DNA of 63,106 nucleotides, the filler included, from Bipalium vagum (Eukaryota): NCBI GenBank assembly GCA_037834085.1. It is 3 parts of 3 records of this genome, joined end to end, with 100 filler letters (N's around TTAATTAATTAA, not from the genome) between each part and the next. Parts side by side here need not be neighbours in the genome. Positions count along the whole stretch, not along the records: positions 1 to 29,211 come from JBBMKC010037530.1; 2 more parts are not named here. One strand, written 5' to 3'. Made by a program: the position numbers and the translations under genes. The stretch's first letter is position 1; the number at the start of each line of letters is the position of its first letter. Positions 12,857 through 24,584 of this stretch are shown in pieces. The notes beneath the pieces were generated by a model. It did not search any database. It was not told where the DNA came from and saw only the letters and a list, made by a program, of their open reading frames with translations.

Positions 12857-15800
12857 TCATTGTTTCCCTGACGACAGAACCATTTCACATTCCAAAATTC
12901 GATAAAATGCCTCAAGACAGTCCTCAACAATCATTGTAGGCCTAAACATCTTGGGATCCATGTTAGAGAATGCCCAATGTTGATGTCTGTCACAAAAACT
13001 ACTGGTCTCATTATAGACACCGGTTTTCACGAGAAATGCTAATAGAAATTTTGAAAAATGAAAATCAATAATTCATTATAAAATCCTAATAGATAAAAAA
13101 AATTGATTAATTAATGAAAAACTTAATTCTCCTAATTGAATGCAATTTAAATGTCTGTTCGAAATCCACATTGATATTGTCTTGGCAACCCTACATGTCC
13201 AACCATTTGTTATTTATCTGAGAGATCCTTAATTTTGAGATACTCGATCAATACAAAGCATACTCAGTTGTTACTGTGACAACCTATCTCATTGTAATTT
13301 TTCCTTTTCTTTTCTCGGGATGCTTTTAAACTTGTTCAGTTTTTCTATTTAACTTTCGAACAACTAATGGGTACAAAGAAATCAATGGAGTTTTGTTAAA
13401 CTAAATAAAACTTATTGAAGCTTGTCAATCTTATTTATTTTATTATTAATTCAGTTCAAGTAAAATAAGTTGATCGTGGCTATGGAGAAAAGACGGTGAT
13501 GATGATGGAGAACATTTGTTGCACAATTCACGAAGCAGATAATTTTGGAGAATCAATTGAAGAACGGTTCTTTTGTTGAATCAGATAATTTGACGGATAA
13601 TAATAATAAATTAATTTTATAGTTAAAAATTGTTCATTTTTTAAAATTTTGAAATTCTGTTACATTAATGTGAAGCGAAGAAATCAATAAATTTATACAT
13701 AAGCTAAAGATGTTCTATTCTTACATTTTATGGACTTAACAGTTCTGGGAAGCAGGTTGACAGATGAGGGTAACGATCTGAACTTCGGTAAATTTGTGGA
13801 TTGGTCAATAAAGTTTTGATAAAGATTTGCTCCAAAAATGTCAGATGATGGATTGTCACTATTAATCTGTTAAACATGGTACAATAATACAAGAAAAAAG
13901 TACCCTATCAAGTAAATTCTCTCCAGTACGCTTTCGTTATTTAGTTTTTGGTTCAGGCTACTAAGAACATGTTCAGCATATCTCAGGCTAATCTCTCCTG
14001 GTTTCCCAATTATTGCAGAATATTGCAAGTCCAAACCAGTATATTTCTATAACAAGATATATTTTAATTTTAATTAATTGTTTTAATATTTTAGTTCTAA
14101 TCAATCACAATAAATATTTTAAAATAGAATTACATTGAAATTTCCTCGTTTTAAAAAAATCTGACCATTACTAGCAAGTTTTTTAAGATAGAGCTTTGTC
14201 ACCATATGGTTCCACAACAATGCAGTAACTCTCAACTACTTTTTTCTTTTGAAGATACAGAAAAATTAAAACGTGTCATATATGAAATTTATTTACCTGA
14301 AATTCAGACATTTTTTGAAAGAATTAGTATATAGTACACTCGTTATGATGTCGGACATATTTTGAATTAAAGTGTTAAGAATATTATATAAACAAATGCA
14401 TATGATTATGAAAAGTCCCTGGCCCGAACATGAAAAAATACTAAAATAAAAAATTACAAAAATTAATGAAAAGTGCATTCTTTAAAACTATGAAATTCCG
14501 AATTTTAATGAAATCTAACAATTTGTTTAAATTATTCACTAACATTAAAATTAAATACTCAGTTTTGATTTTTTAGATGGAAAATGGTTAATTCCGCATA
14601 TTGATTAACCATTATTTTTACTAAAGAAAATACCAACAAAAAAAACTGGATAAATATTATGGTAAATTTGCTCCTTTGTATTCAACGGTAAAAATTGGTT
14701 CGCTGACTTTAAAAGTGGTCGTATAAGCAGAGATGATGCTGAATGAAGCAGTCATCCAATTGAATTGGTTGTGTCAGAGAACATTCAAAAAATCCATAAT
14801 GAAATTACGAATTATCGAAAAATCAAAATCCGTGAGTTATCTAACCTCGCAAATATATCAATAAATAGTGTTTGGAAAATAATTCACGATGAATTTGAAA
14901 TGAAAAATCTAGACACCAAAATGAATGCCTCCCACTTTTGAAATTGATTAAAAGCAATGAGTTAATGATTCAAAGCTGTGTTTAAGCGTTTTTAATGGAA
15001 ATACAATTGAATTTTTGCGTCGTTATATAACCGTTGATGAATCATGGGTATATAACTACACACCGGAATCATCACGACAGTCAAAGCAGTGGGTAGCACC
15101 CGGTGAAAGTGCTCCACATCGGATTATGGCAACTGTTTGCTGGGTAGCCCATGGAATACTATTCATTGATTTTCTTGAAAAAGGGAAAACGATAACCGGA
15201 CAATATTATGCAGCATTATTGGATCAATTAAGTAATATATATATATAATCGTAGAAAAGACCACATTTAGCAAAAAAGAAGGTGTTGTTTCATCATGGCA
15301 ATGCACCACCTTATCGAAGTGTAATTTCAACGGCTAAAATACATTAATTTCGCTACTATTTGGTTCCGCATCCATCGTATTCACCGGACTTAGCGACTTT
15401 TTCTTATTCACAAACTTCAAAAGATGGCTCTCTGTTAAAAGATTTTATACAAATCTTGAAGTCATAACTGAAACTACAGCATATTTTGAAGGGTTGGAGA
15501 AATCTTATTTTTCAGATAGTATCAAAAAACTTAGGTCGATGGAAGCGATGAATCCTCATATGTTGAATAAAAAAACTTTTTTATGTCTTAAAATATTGTT
15601 TTTCTTTGTTAGGCTAGGGACTTTTCGAACGACCTAGTAAATGAAAATATCGTTGAGTAAATCGTCATTTTCCAATTTATAAATCTAATAAAAACGATTT
15701 TTCGTCAATTACATAACTGTTAATCATCGGTTTATTTTCAGTGCAATTGATTTTTCAATTTTTTATAAAACAACTTCCTCCGTATTTTATTAATTTTCTC

Positions 15801-18800
15801 TAAAGTTAACAGGTTCCTCGAAAATTTAAAAACAAGTTTTCATGTGAATAATATCGCATAAATTGATATTCATCAAACGAACACAAATCGTTTTATTTTC
15901 AGCACAGGAATTTCATTTTACGTTGCATTTTCATTAAGATAAATTAAAAAACTATTGATTGACAAAACAACTGATATAAAACCATAAAACAGGTTTCCAT
16001 TTCAGAGAGCTATTACCTAAATTTACACTATCGTTCATAAGCAATCAATTATTACTTACTTTGTACAACATTTCCAAACAATGAATAAACGACCCATTCC
16101 CGAACCTGAAAATGATAACGTTTGTCACACAGACTAACAATTTTTTTTTCAAATATAGCTATAAGTACTATTGATACCCATTCTTGAAAAAACTGACATT
16201 GAAGATAAAAAATGGATTTCTTATAACAATATTAAATGGAGAATAATATCATAGCACGAGTACCGTGTTGAACAACTGTTTGAATGAAGAAACTTGAGGA
16301 ATTTGACCCAGCTATTCTATAAATTATGCTACAAGAAATACAATCTGGTGTTCTGTTGTGTTATGATAACGTTCATAGAGACGATAATATGATTGTACTA
16401 GAATGTTTTATTTTCTCAGACTTATGATTTGTGCTTTTGATTTTCCTCACAAAAAATATAATTCACTCTTAAAAATAAGACTTCTTTCGATTTTCTGAAA
16501 TTAATAAAATTGGGGTCCTATATTCAAGGAAACAGAGTACGACCAATCAACATAAATGTCATCTAAGACTTATAATCGTTCAAAGAGACTTATGTTATCT
16601 CTTTGGTCGAATTGAAGAGGAAATATATAAATAGTTATAAGGAATTAATTCTGATGTTAACATTGAACAACTCTCACTCCTCAAAACACAGCAATTCTGT
16701 GACAATTTTAATTGTGACAATACATTAAAACACATTGACAGTATGATTAAAAATTCTTCTTTACACATGAAAATCGAACTAGACCAAAACTACATGTTTT
16801 GATACTTTTTCCAAATTTTTCAATAGACATTTATTATTATTATTTATTATTATTATTCATTATTATTATTTATTATTATTATTACTATTATTTTATTTAT
16901 ATTTTATTACCAACTAGGAGAGCAATGCTCATATATATGCCTTCAAGTCTATAAATAGATTTTTTACAAAAACATTTGTGTGAATGTCTCGCAGTTTGAA
17001 CGAATTTTTGAGGTGTTAAATGATAAAGACGAAAAAAATCAAATGCACTGAAATGACCTGGTCAAATTCCATTCGAATTTCCAACATCCAGTGCATGTGT
17101 ATGTGATAGTTTACTTAATAAATAATTAAGATCAAAATTATGATATAGAGAAATCATGATGAACTATGGTAGAACTTGCAATTGTGTATTACTACGAAAC
17201 ACGTGTTTCCTTTCTATTGCAAGTTTCTTATTCCTATTAAGTTCATTTTTTGATTCTGAATTTTAAAATTAGCTATCTGTCTCTTATTGTTGTTTTTATA
17301 AAATAATGGCATTTTCCTTCATAAATCCTACTGGTGATTCTTTTATGTGACTGAAGTGTATAAAAATCATTAGTAGGAAAAAAAACTTAAGTAGGAAGTC
17401 ATTACTTAAGTTATCATTAGCTTACATAATTCAATAATAATAATAATAACTACTTAGTTTGGAAACTGAATAATTCAGTTCACGAAGTACCTAAGATGTA
17501 ATAAATAGCTTTGAACACCGAATTCTGTGCAAAGAAACAACATTTTAAGATGGGACTTTAATTGTTTATCATTATTACTCAGAAATATCAAAATAATCAT
17601 TGACTAATAGCTACAGATTGGTTTAATATTGACTTGACATATGTTTGCATATGCATATAATAATACTAAAAATTCTATCATTGTTACTAATTATTAATGA
17701 AAATCGATTACAAATATTATCACATCAATAGAGAAAAAATATAAAAGAACTAAATGTGAAAAAAGAATAGAAAAAAAATTCAAAATTACAAGCTAGTGTA
17801 TAATTGAAAATTTACACAAATTAAATTTATTAATAAAAATCTAGATTTAAAACTAAATTAAATTCAAATTTAGGATAAATTTTAAAAATAATACTCTAAA
17901 ACCTGGACTAATTCCTCTGCCTTTAATAAAGACAGACCATTTTTCGAGATTTAAATTATAAAGTCCCACCTCCTTTAACTAGTTATTCTTGATATTCGAG
18001 TAATTATAAAAGCATAATAGTAACATTCCAAAAAATAATTTTTTTAATTTAATCAATATGATCGCAATAAACTTTATTTAATCTATAAAATATTGCAAAT
18101 GTTATAAACCCAGATAATCGAAAGAAGAGATCAATCAATCAAATAAGATAATAATTAAATAAATATAAATGATCAATCAAAAAGACAATCGATCGAATTG
18201 TTAATCAACATGTATTGATTATTTAAGAATAAACAAGACAAGGTAATTATTCGCTGGACACTTCTAAAGTAAGTGTCCATCGCCATTTAATTCAAATGAG
18301 AAAAACTTCTAAATGTGGAAAATGGACTCCGCAAGCTCTAGATGAGCAGAAACTTTTTAATCGGGTGACAGTTTGCACATCTTTGCTCACTCACTATGAT
18401 CTAGACCCATTTCTGGAAAGAGTTGTATGCTGTGATCAAAAATGGGTTTTATATGTAAATGTCGAGCGTAAAAAGCAGTGATTAGGTTCTGGTGAAGAAT
18501 CAATCCGAACGACTAAACCAGGTTTTCATCAGAAAAAAGTTCTTTGTGTGTGGTGAGATATGAAGAGAATAATATATCTTGAGGTCCTGAATATTAGGGA
18601 AACCATCACTAGTGACGTCTATTGTCGACAATTAAATGAATTACGTGATAAATTGAAACATACCAGACCTCTGCTCAATCAACGAGGCGTTATTCTTCAA
18701 CAAGATAATACAAAATCGCACACATCAAAAATGATCAGGGAGAAACTAAAAGTATGGCTGGAAACTTCTTCCTCACCCACCATATAGTCCAGATATGGAT

Positions 18801-21304
18801 CCAACAGGTTATTATCTTTTCATTTCATTACACCACTTCTTAAAAGAAAAAGAATTCAATAACAAATGCGCTGTCGACATTGTTATCCCTGCGTATTTCG
18901 CCGGAAAAACCCAGAAGTTCTTCAATCATGGTATTGAACTTTTTTGTGGACAAAGATAATTGATAACGATGGGCATTACATTATCGAATAAAATTTTCTT
19001 GTTTTTATAAAATAAATTTTTGTTCTATACATTTTTCCATAATGACTTGTGAGACGACCTAATATTTGGCGTACTACAATCTGCTTATTGACTGATGATA
19101 TTTTTCTTCCTCCTCCAGGACTCTTATGCTACCCGATATTAAAGCTACTATCATATCCTCGTTATTTAACCATCTTTTGTAGACTCTACGGTCGATCCGG
19201 AATTTGTTAACCGTTTTTCGAATACTTTTGTTCATTTTATACTCTATTAAAGCTTTAATTTTTTATGATTTATTATATTTATTTTACCTAAAAAGGTAAA
19301 TCAATAAAAAGTTCAATAAGTAAATATTTTTAATAAATAAATTTATAATTCAATATCTGATTTTGTGATTTAAACGCGGTTTATCACTTTAAGTACTGTT
19401 TCCACAACATTTAAAGCATCTTATATCAAAATATTTCTAAAAAATATAAGCACGGTTTCAATTTATCAAATCCAAATTGAATTAACGACAACGTCCTTCG
19501 TTCAATTTATAATCAAATGTAATAATGTAATCTTTATAATAATTATAATATTGTATTATAATCATTTTGGTTTATATTAGCACTATTAATTCATTGATTT
19601 TATGTACTATTTGTAATTGTCATATTTTATAAACATTAATGTATATTAAGTAATTATGTTATTATCATTTGTACTATTATTTCTTCATTAATTATTATAT
19701 GAAAATCAAGAGTTTACCGTAACATTGGTGATTCTGCTTTGTACAGAAAGTCGACATTACAAAGATATATTGGTAATTTTTGACATGACATATCGATCGA
19801 CATTGACGATAGATTACCGTGTGAAACCAAAAGATCAATTATAATCTGGAGATACGATTGCCAATCGGTTGGTTCTCCAATTATAACAATTCCTAATGGA
19901 AAAATCATTACAACATACTTAAGAAAAACTGATGAATTAGTGATAAGGCTTATTCAATAATTTTTAATTTAATCGAAATTTTAATACTTTATAACAATTG
20001 AAAGCATTTTACAGTTTTGTTAACAGCTAAATATTTCCTCAATACCAATACAAGGTCAATCAACACATTCATTATCATTAACTACTATTACATCCTTTAC
20101 ATCGATTACTGTTTTACAATTTTTTTAATTAATTTTAAAATTTAATTTTTAATTTCTTTTTTTGATGTTTCTGAAAATTTTTTTTTGACAATTATAACAA
20201 TATCTACCCTATTCAATCGCCACCAGACTTAAAAGCATTGTAACTATTAAGTTCAAACTTTGAAACACTGATACCTAAAAACCTGCTCCTTGATTAAACA
20301 TAATTCGTAAATAGATCTGATTTAAGGAAAGTTTTTTTTAATTATAATAATGAACCATAACCAAAAAAAATATGCTTTTAACTTGATGATTAAGTTTTGC
20401 AAATTATAATTATTTATAAATTAATACTTATCATGTTTGATGACAAAAGCAGTCAGTAACATAATTAAAAGAAAAAATATAGTTCAAAAAAAAATAAAAT
20501 ATTTTTTTATTTATACATTTTTTTTAATTTCGTGATAAAAAACAAAATTCAAAATATCTTTAAAATTATTATTATAATTACAAAATATTTGATTAACAAT
20601 CTACCAGATTAAAAAAATGTACACCTATCTCACCTTCAATTGGTTTCATTCCTTTTTCAACATATCCATTTTTCTAAATGAAATTATTGTAAAAAATAAT
20701 ATTAACACAGTATTTAAACCAATGCTCGTCTTTTACTCTTATCCATCACATCAAGACTAGGATAGGCCGTTTGAATATCGGGTAAATCAACAACATTTTT
20801 AAAATTCAAACTAAAAGTCATTTAAAGATAAATACATAATATTTTATAAATTTGAACTCGTGAGCAGTTTTCATAACATCTCCTTGTCCAACAAATAATG
20901 TTCTTAGGTGATGAATATCTGTGAACAATTTTAAGGGTGCAGGAGCATGTATGATTTGGCTAGGTTCAATCTACAATAAACAATAGTGTTTTACTTTATA
21001 AAAATATATAGACCTTAATATCAAATAAATTGTTTAGCAAAGATGATTTTGCGTCAGGATAATCACATGAATTTGTCAAAAATGAAATAGGGGTAGTGAT
21101 GTAATGAGTATTTATTAGTTCAAACATTTTCTTCGCACCATCAACACTACGACTACCCTGAATTAGGACACCGTCAATGTCAAATAAAATTCCGAATTTA
21201 TTCTAAATTTGTGTTATAATATCGTTAAATTTTTTAAAGAAAACCTTGTTAGTATAAGTAGAATATCTTTTGAAAATACTTGTGGATGCAATAAATATTT
21301 TCAT
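12857..21304 (-). CDS. HDHD5: HAD-superfamily IIA hydrolase, HDHD5/CECR5-like, 10 exons, ~390 aa
   Basis: Exons 21245-21304, 21014-21202, 20858-20970, 20720-20810, 20634-20673, 19718-19892, 16060-16105, 13904-14046, 13725-13858 and 12857-13038 join in phase via GT-AG introns (1173 nt). Motifs FGILFDIDGVL, FLTNS, GEPTDW, RFGNGSF, IIGKP, IGDNPSSDIFGAN, SFLVKTGVY. N-terminus resembles a mitochondrial presequence. Confidence 0.93.
14130..14290 (-). mobile_element. mariner N-terminal relic in HDHD5 intron
   Basis: Minus strand KKVVESYCIVVEPYGDKALS*KTC**W..KRGNFNV resembles the Mos1-type AESHRMLVEAYGDHALSERTC..WF.RFKSGDFDV. Confidence 0.7.
14399..15637 (+). mobile_element. Full-length decayed mariner, Himar1/irritans-like, in HDHD5 intron
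   Basis: Matching TIRs GAAAAGTCCCTGGCC (14410) and GGCTAGGGACTTTTC (15612), ~1.24 kb. Motifs TVDESWVYNYTPESSRQSKQW, HHGNAP, YSPDL. Stops and frameshifts throughout. Confidence 0.92.
18250..19062 (+). mobile_element. mariner, 5'-truncated, in HDHD5 intron
   Basis: GKWTPQAL, CCDQKWVLYVN, LQQDNTKSHTS, HPPYSPDMDP. Right TIR TTGTGAGACGACCTAA followed by TA. Confidence 0.92.
19064..19232 (-). mobile_element. pogo/Tigger-like transposase N-terminal relic, abutting the mariner end
   Basis: MNKSIRKTVNKFRIDRRVYKRWLNNE followed after a frameshift by PGGGRK, typical of pogo-type DNA-binding N-termini. Confidence 0.55.
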
Positions 21305-21705
21305 TTCATAAAAGAAAGATTATACAAAAATTTAACATGAAAAATTATTAAAAAATTAAATATAACATCTAATAAAATACATTAAAACAAACATTGTTCG
21401 AGTAGATTAATACTGAATTTAATTTAATATATAACATTATTCAAAGCCACGTTACAATATTCAATAATAATTATTTTTTAAATATTTTTTTTCAAAATAA
21501 ACTGTTATTTGTATTTTAAATTTTTTCATTTTTAAATCCAAGATAATGTATTAAGATATGTTTGGAATTTTTAAAACATTTAAGTAAATTTATAATCATA
21601 CTTTTTATCTTAAATTATTAGGTTGAACAGAAAGTTCTTCCAGATTTTTGATATTATGTTATAGTTCAAATAAAACACTTTATTTTGCATTGATATAAAC
21701 TTATA

Positions 21706-21763
21706 TATTGTTGAGTTTGCGAAAGGCACGAACCCTGAAGGTTGTGCACAATAATAATAATAT
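21706..21763 (+). mobile_element. Possible 3' tail of a non-LTR retrotransposon
   Basis: Short GC-richer hairpin GCACGAACC-ctgaa-GGTTGTGC followed directly by (AAT)4. Confidence 0.4.
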
Positions 21764-22321
21764 TACCTTTTTCATATTACGACTATGAACCCTGTCGTAA
21801 CACTTAGCTCATAAAGTTTACTGACCCCTTCACTTTTGTCAAACGTGTAGGCAAATGAATGAATGAAAACAACTACGAATAATACTTTATTAACAAAATA
21901 ACAATCACATTTTTCTCAAATAATCGAATCGGCAATAAAAATGTCTTCAATTATACTACCAAATATTGCAATGACTCTACAAAATCAAAATAAAGAATAA
22001 TAACAATCAATAAATAATTAAATCAAATTTCAATAAGATTTATATTAAACAGAATTTTTTTTTAAAAAGTAAACAACGATCCTCTCACAGATAGTACAGG
22101 TCCAAAGGATGGTTTGCTGACCCCAATCCGGTCGCTCAGAAACCCTCTAACAGCACAGGATTAGTCGTAAGTTCCAATCGCATAAAAGGCATCAACTTGT
22201 CTTCTGACGCAGCTTGTCCTCTGTCGCTATTCTCATCACTCATTATAGTATTAATTATGATTATGATGATGATAATGATAATAATAATTAAAAATGAACT
22301 TTTAAAAGTAATATTAATAAT

Positions 22322-23171
22322 AGTTTATCACTTAAAATTACCAGTTGTGATATGGAAAGACAGAAGTCCGTTAGGAAGGATGATCAACTAGACCATGATT
22401 CTACCTCCTTGACATTGTCGATAGTGACGTACATATTTGGAACATACGTCATCCAACAATTTAGTACATCAAGTTTGAACCCCTTTTCGTCTGTGAATAC
22501 AGTATTCTCCCAAATATGATTGGACAAAATCCATTCTGTAATCACTTTCGTTCTTTGTTTATTATGTTTCTTTGACAGCAAGATGTCGTGATATCTTCTT
22601 GAGTATTTCATGTTGGCTAACTTCAAATGTCACTGTACTGTCCTTATTGATACACACAACACACCTGTTCTTTCCTGTTTATTCATTAACTTATTAATTT
22701 CTCTTTTGGTGCATAGTGCATCTGCTTTATTTATTTTTCTGTGATTTCCTAGCTTTTCTTGTGTACTAAATATTTGTAGATCACTAAATTCCTAACAGTT
22801 TATCTATAAATGCCTAAAATCGTGGAAATTTCACCATAACTTTTGGCTTCATTTTTCAATTTCATTGCAATATTTTTCATATCCAAGGATCTCATAATTA
22901 TTTCTAAAAAAATGAAACAAACTATACTACTTTTAAATCAGTAAATAATTAAGTTAAAATCGTTAAATCATAAAAAATTTTAAAGTCTGCTAAAAAGTTA
23001 GTCGTTTAAAAATTTCAAATATTATTTAAACAGTTAATATCTAACTAAATAATGATAATTAATAAAATAATTGCTTTATTTTTTATAATTACATTAATTT
23101 TATTTCATTCTATATATTAATCATGAATTTGTAAGCAAAATTCTTAGTGTGCTTAAAATTTGTAGCTTAGT
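22322..23171 (-). mobile_element. Tc1-like transposon, 3'-truncated, nested in mariner
   Basis: NHIWENTVFTDEKGFKLD motif (first catalytic D) in ORF 22384-22626, HTH region upstream, TIR-like end beside a (TA)n run. Confidence 0.85.
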
Positions 23172-24584
23172 ATATATATATATATATATATTAATAAAAT
23201 AATAAAAAAATAATTTTGTAACATCTACGAATTTTAGAAAAAGAACGGTGCAGATGAGGCAATCAAAAATTGTAGAATCTATTTGGAGAGAATACAATAA
23301 AAGATAAAACAATTCGATTCTGGTTTCAAAATTTCCAAAATGATAATTTCAGATAAACAACGTTTAATTAGGTCTTCTGCTGTTGATGACGCCTTCCGGA
23401 AGTCTGAATTAAAGGCAAAATCGTTTGGAACTATCAGAGAAGTAGCAAAGGGACTTCGGGTTTCACAAACAGCCATCATAAACCATTTTCGTAAATTAGA
23501 ATTTGTTCAAAAAAGGTCTAAGTAGATACCTCATGAACACAGAAATAGTTTGAATCATATTTCTTTATACTCTGATCTACTTCTGAGAAATAAGAGCCAT
23601 TTTTCGATCGATAACAGTAGATGAAAAATGGATTCGTTACAATAATTTGGCAAGTAAGAGTTTGTCTTAATACTCGAACCAGTTCCTACCGTATCAAGAC
23701 TGAATATCCGTGAAAACATGTTTTCTATTTGGTGGAATCGTAAAGGATCTATATATTTTGAATTTTTGCCTCCTTGCGAAACAATTACAACCGATCTGTA
23801 CTGTGAACAATTGGCACGATTATCAGCCGAAACGCGAAATTATTATTCGATTTTAGTTAATAGAAATTATGTTATCCTACACCATGACAATGAAGGCCAT
23901 GTGCAATCAAAACACTTTGGAAGGTACATATAGTTGGTTAGGAAATTTTTCACCCTCCATATTCGTCTGACATTGCTAAACCGTACTTATTATTAATTTT
24001 TTTCTTTGCAAAACTATTTGAACCAAAGATCTTTCGTTAATTCGAGTGATGTTAAATGTGACTTTCTTCGACTACAAATCCGAATTCTTTGGTAAAGGTA
24101 TTGACGATTTTCCAGAAAGATGGAGGCAAGTTGTTGAAAATAATGGAAACTATATATTGGATTAAACAACTTTGTTGAAAAATCTTTTGTTTTCATTTTT
24201 CCTTAAAAATCGGCAAGAACTTTCAGCTCAACCTAATGAAATTCAAATTTCTATAAAAAATAATTTTCACCTGCAGAATTTTGAAGTATTGTTACTAAAT
24301 AATTAGCAAATTAAGTATTGTCACCAAAAACAACATATTCATAATATAAGAAATCATTATATCCTAATACTTTAATTTAGTATTTTTATCAGTAAAGAAA
24401 CTGAGTCATAATTTTTTAACTGTTATGAAATTGAACATCATTTTAATAATAGCAATAGGATTAAAATCTGTATTGTATTCAAAAGAAAAAACAACTGATT
24501 TCATCAAACCATGAAAAAAGAAAATATGATTTTTAAACTCATTTTATTCACAAAAGAAAACTCAAAATCTTTCAGTATTCAATG

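Larger units (their letters stand above)
21618..24236 (+). mobile_element. mariner with both TIRs, carrying ~1.45 kb of nested insertions
   Basis: TIRs TTAGGTTGAACAGAAAGTTCTT (21618) and AAGAACTTTCAGCTCAACCTAA (to 24236). Decayed transposase at 23200-24160 (TVDEKWIRYNN, FSIWWN, LHHDN, PPYSSDIA). Confidence 0.92.

Noticed and set aside
13125-13190. Candidate extra HDHD5 exon (GCQDNINVDFEQ)
   Set aside because: No phase-compatible donor. Direct 13725-to-13038 splicing restores SIKSFLVKTGVY.
14293-14478. ORF with GQGLF resembling the HDHD5 FGHGTF exon
   Set aside because: It is the mariner left TIR read antisense. The real exon is 16060-16105.
22133-22141. In-frame TGA apparently shared with the 49.75-kb copy (recoding idea)
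   Set aside because: The second copy is shifted by one base after the TGA, and host genes use TGA and TAA as ordinary stops.
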